From Monocercomonoides exilis PA203 (lineage: Eukaryota; Protista; Preaxostyla): a stretch of DNA of 64,000 bases. The position numbers and the translations under genes were made by a program. The notes beneath the pieces were generated by a model. It was given only the letters and a program-made list of their open reading frames with translations. It did no database searches and had not been told where the DNA came from. Positions 61,937 through 64,000 of the stretch are shown here, one piece after another; the first letter of the stretch is position 1; every line of letters starts with the position of its first letter. The stretch covers positions 620,001-684,000 of the forward strand of contig LSRY02000023.1 in the NCBI GenBank assembly GCA_001643675.2, in the 5' to 3' direction.

Positions 61937-64000
61937 ATGTCTTTTTCAAAACCTCAATCAACTCTTAATTCTCGATGCAAAGTTATTTGGAACGAAATGA
62001 AACGAATTGGTGGAGACGATATTGATTCATTGCTCGTATATCTCTTTTACAACTATAGACAATCATCTTCTGTTATTAACGATTTATTGAAGTCTTTGAA
62101 TGGTTTGGTTTTTTATTTTTTTGTATTGTGTAGAAAATGTCATTTTGACTCTCGATTATTTTTTTTACATTAATATTCGTTTTTTATTTATTTTTTTTGA
62201 AACAGAATATCACATTAAGTTGCTGGAAGATCTGTCTGTGGTGTACAACAACGCTCCGTTGCACACTCAGACAACAATGCTGCAAGCGCTGTCTCGAAAC
62301 ACATCATTATCCGATTTACTGGAATATGGATATGATGTCACAGAAGGCAAATTTATTTACGCAAAACAAACGCTGAAGAAAAACCAAGGCTTTATCATCC
62401 CGCCTCAGAAACCTCATCTTCCGTCTTGCAAAAGTGGTTTGTTTTAATTTGAATTTTTTTTGAATAATTTTCTCTGTTTATTTAAGGCTTAAATGAACAG
62501 GATTGGGAAAAGGGCAACAACTGGATGTTGGCCCATTCAACTGAAGCCTCAACTTCGCTTCAGTCAGCAAAGAAAAGACAGCGAGCTGAGCCGGACTATG
62601 CGAGATTTATTGATAAAGCAGCGTGGGATGAAGAAATATTAACAGAAAACTCTTCTTCAAAGAAAAAGCAATCTTTTTCTTCTTCAACATCATCTCAACA
62701 AAACAAAAAATCTGATACCATTTCAGAAAAAAATCCTTCATCAAAAAATTTTTCTCCGTCTCAAGCTGTTGATGCTCCAATCAGTACTCCAATTAGGAGA
62801 GAAAGGGGTTCAACAAAAAGAAAAACAAATAAATCACAGCATAAACGTCATTCATCTCCTTCACCGATTCCAATTCACAAATTTTTCAATACAAAACAAT
62901 CCTCATCCACTTCCTCATCTTCCTCATTTTCCTCTTCTTCCTCTTCTTCCTCTTCTTCCTCATCCTCCACATCTTTCAAAAAGAAACAAAAAGAAAATAA
63001 AAATTCTTTTTCAATTGAAAAATCTTCAACTTCCTTTTTCAACGATGATGTGTGTGTTAGCGATCAATTAATTGAATATGCCACTTCACCGACTCTTATT
63101 CCTCCACAAGCATTTCAAAATCTTCTTTCATCATTTTCAAAAGAGAACAACATTTATTCGTCTCAACATAACACACAAGCCGATGAGAATGTTATTTCGC
63201 ATCATGAAAATACTGCGCAGATCACGATGAATAACAATCAAACAGATTTTCCTCATTCAAATTCTTCTCCTTCTTCATCAACCTCTTCAAAAATAATATC
63301 ATCAAATTCTTTTTCATCAACATCAATAAAAGGATTAATCAATTTAGGAAACACATGCTATCTTGCATCTCTTCTTCAATGCTTCTCTTCGATAACCTCT
63401 CAAAAACCATTCTTATTTAAAAAGCAAACAGCAATAAAAACTATGTCTTTTCGTGTTTTGAGTGTTTGTCAGCAACTTGCCAAAGATGGTTCATCAGTGC
63501 GTTCGTGGGTCCCATCACTGATCAACAAATGGGAAACATTTTGCGGATACAGCAGCAGACAGCAACAGAATGTTACTGAGGCGTTTGAAAATCTTCATCA
63601 ACTTCTTCAAGATAACAAGATATTTGAAAAGGATACCTTCAATCCAGTGCTCATTACACATTTCAAATGTCAAAAATGTCAAAAAGTTTCAAATCATTTT
63701 AATGAATCTTGTTGCAATATTGTCATCAACACATCATCTCCTCACAAAGGTTTATCTTCACTTTATGCAACAGAAATTTTGGATGGAAAGAACAATGTTT
63801 ATTGCGATGAATGCAAAGAGAAATGCTGTGCTGCTCGATGGGAGGAAATGGCTGCATTTCCAGAGGTGCTAGCCCTCTGTCATGAATGCACTGATTCTGC
63901 TAGTTCTGCACCTTCGAGAACGCTTCTGATTGAAACTGATCGTGCAAACCAGCGTTCGTTCTGCAAAGGGTATTCAGCAGAAAACATTCAACATCTTCAA
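61937..64000 (+). CDS. Sola-like transposase/USP fusion gene, copy 2 (open, truncated by window end)
   Basis: Same exon structure as copy 1 (introns ~62103-62205 and ~62437-62487). Exon 3 reads without a stop to 64000 and includes KGLINLGNTCYLASLLQCF (Cys 63356), RQQQNVTEAF, CQKC, LDGKNNVYCDEC and FPEVL. The His box and DDD domain lie outside the window. Confidence 0.8.

Overview
AT-rich, intron-containing eukaryotic genomic DNA in the standard code with short GT-AG introns. The many poly-Ser/poly-Glu proteins and GGA[IL]-type beta-helix surface proteins suggest an oxymonad such as Monocercomonoides; this is an inference. Host genes: a type I beta-helix membrane protein, a large Rxt3/HDC1-like protein head-to-head with an RNI-type LRR protein, a PPP1R36-like protein, a divergent importin-alpha-like protein, and two paralogous hypothetical proteins. 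About a third of the window is nested DNA transposons: a decayed Merlin/ISXO2 transposase, a pogo/Fot-like DD35D element with TIRs, an apparently intact single-gene PHIS (Harbinger-group) element, two long foldback elements and several MITE families with 4-bp TSDs. The main candidate novel system is a spliced Sola-like DDD transposase gene with a complete USP/C19 deubiquitinase domain embedded in it. One copy is decayed (28535-32498) and one is open to the window end (61937-64000). It is accompanied by decayed relatives with no visible USP, by two stand-alone divergent USP-like paralogs, and by candidate non-autonomous MITE partners. All family calls come from motif recognition by eye; no database searches were run.
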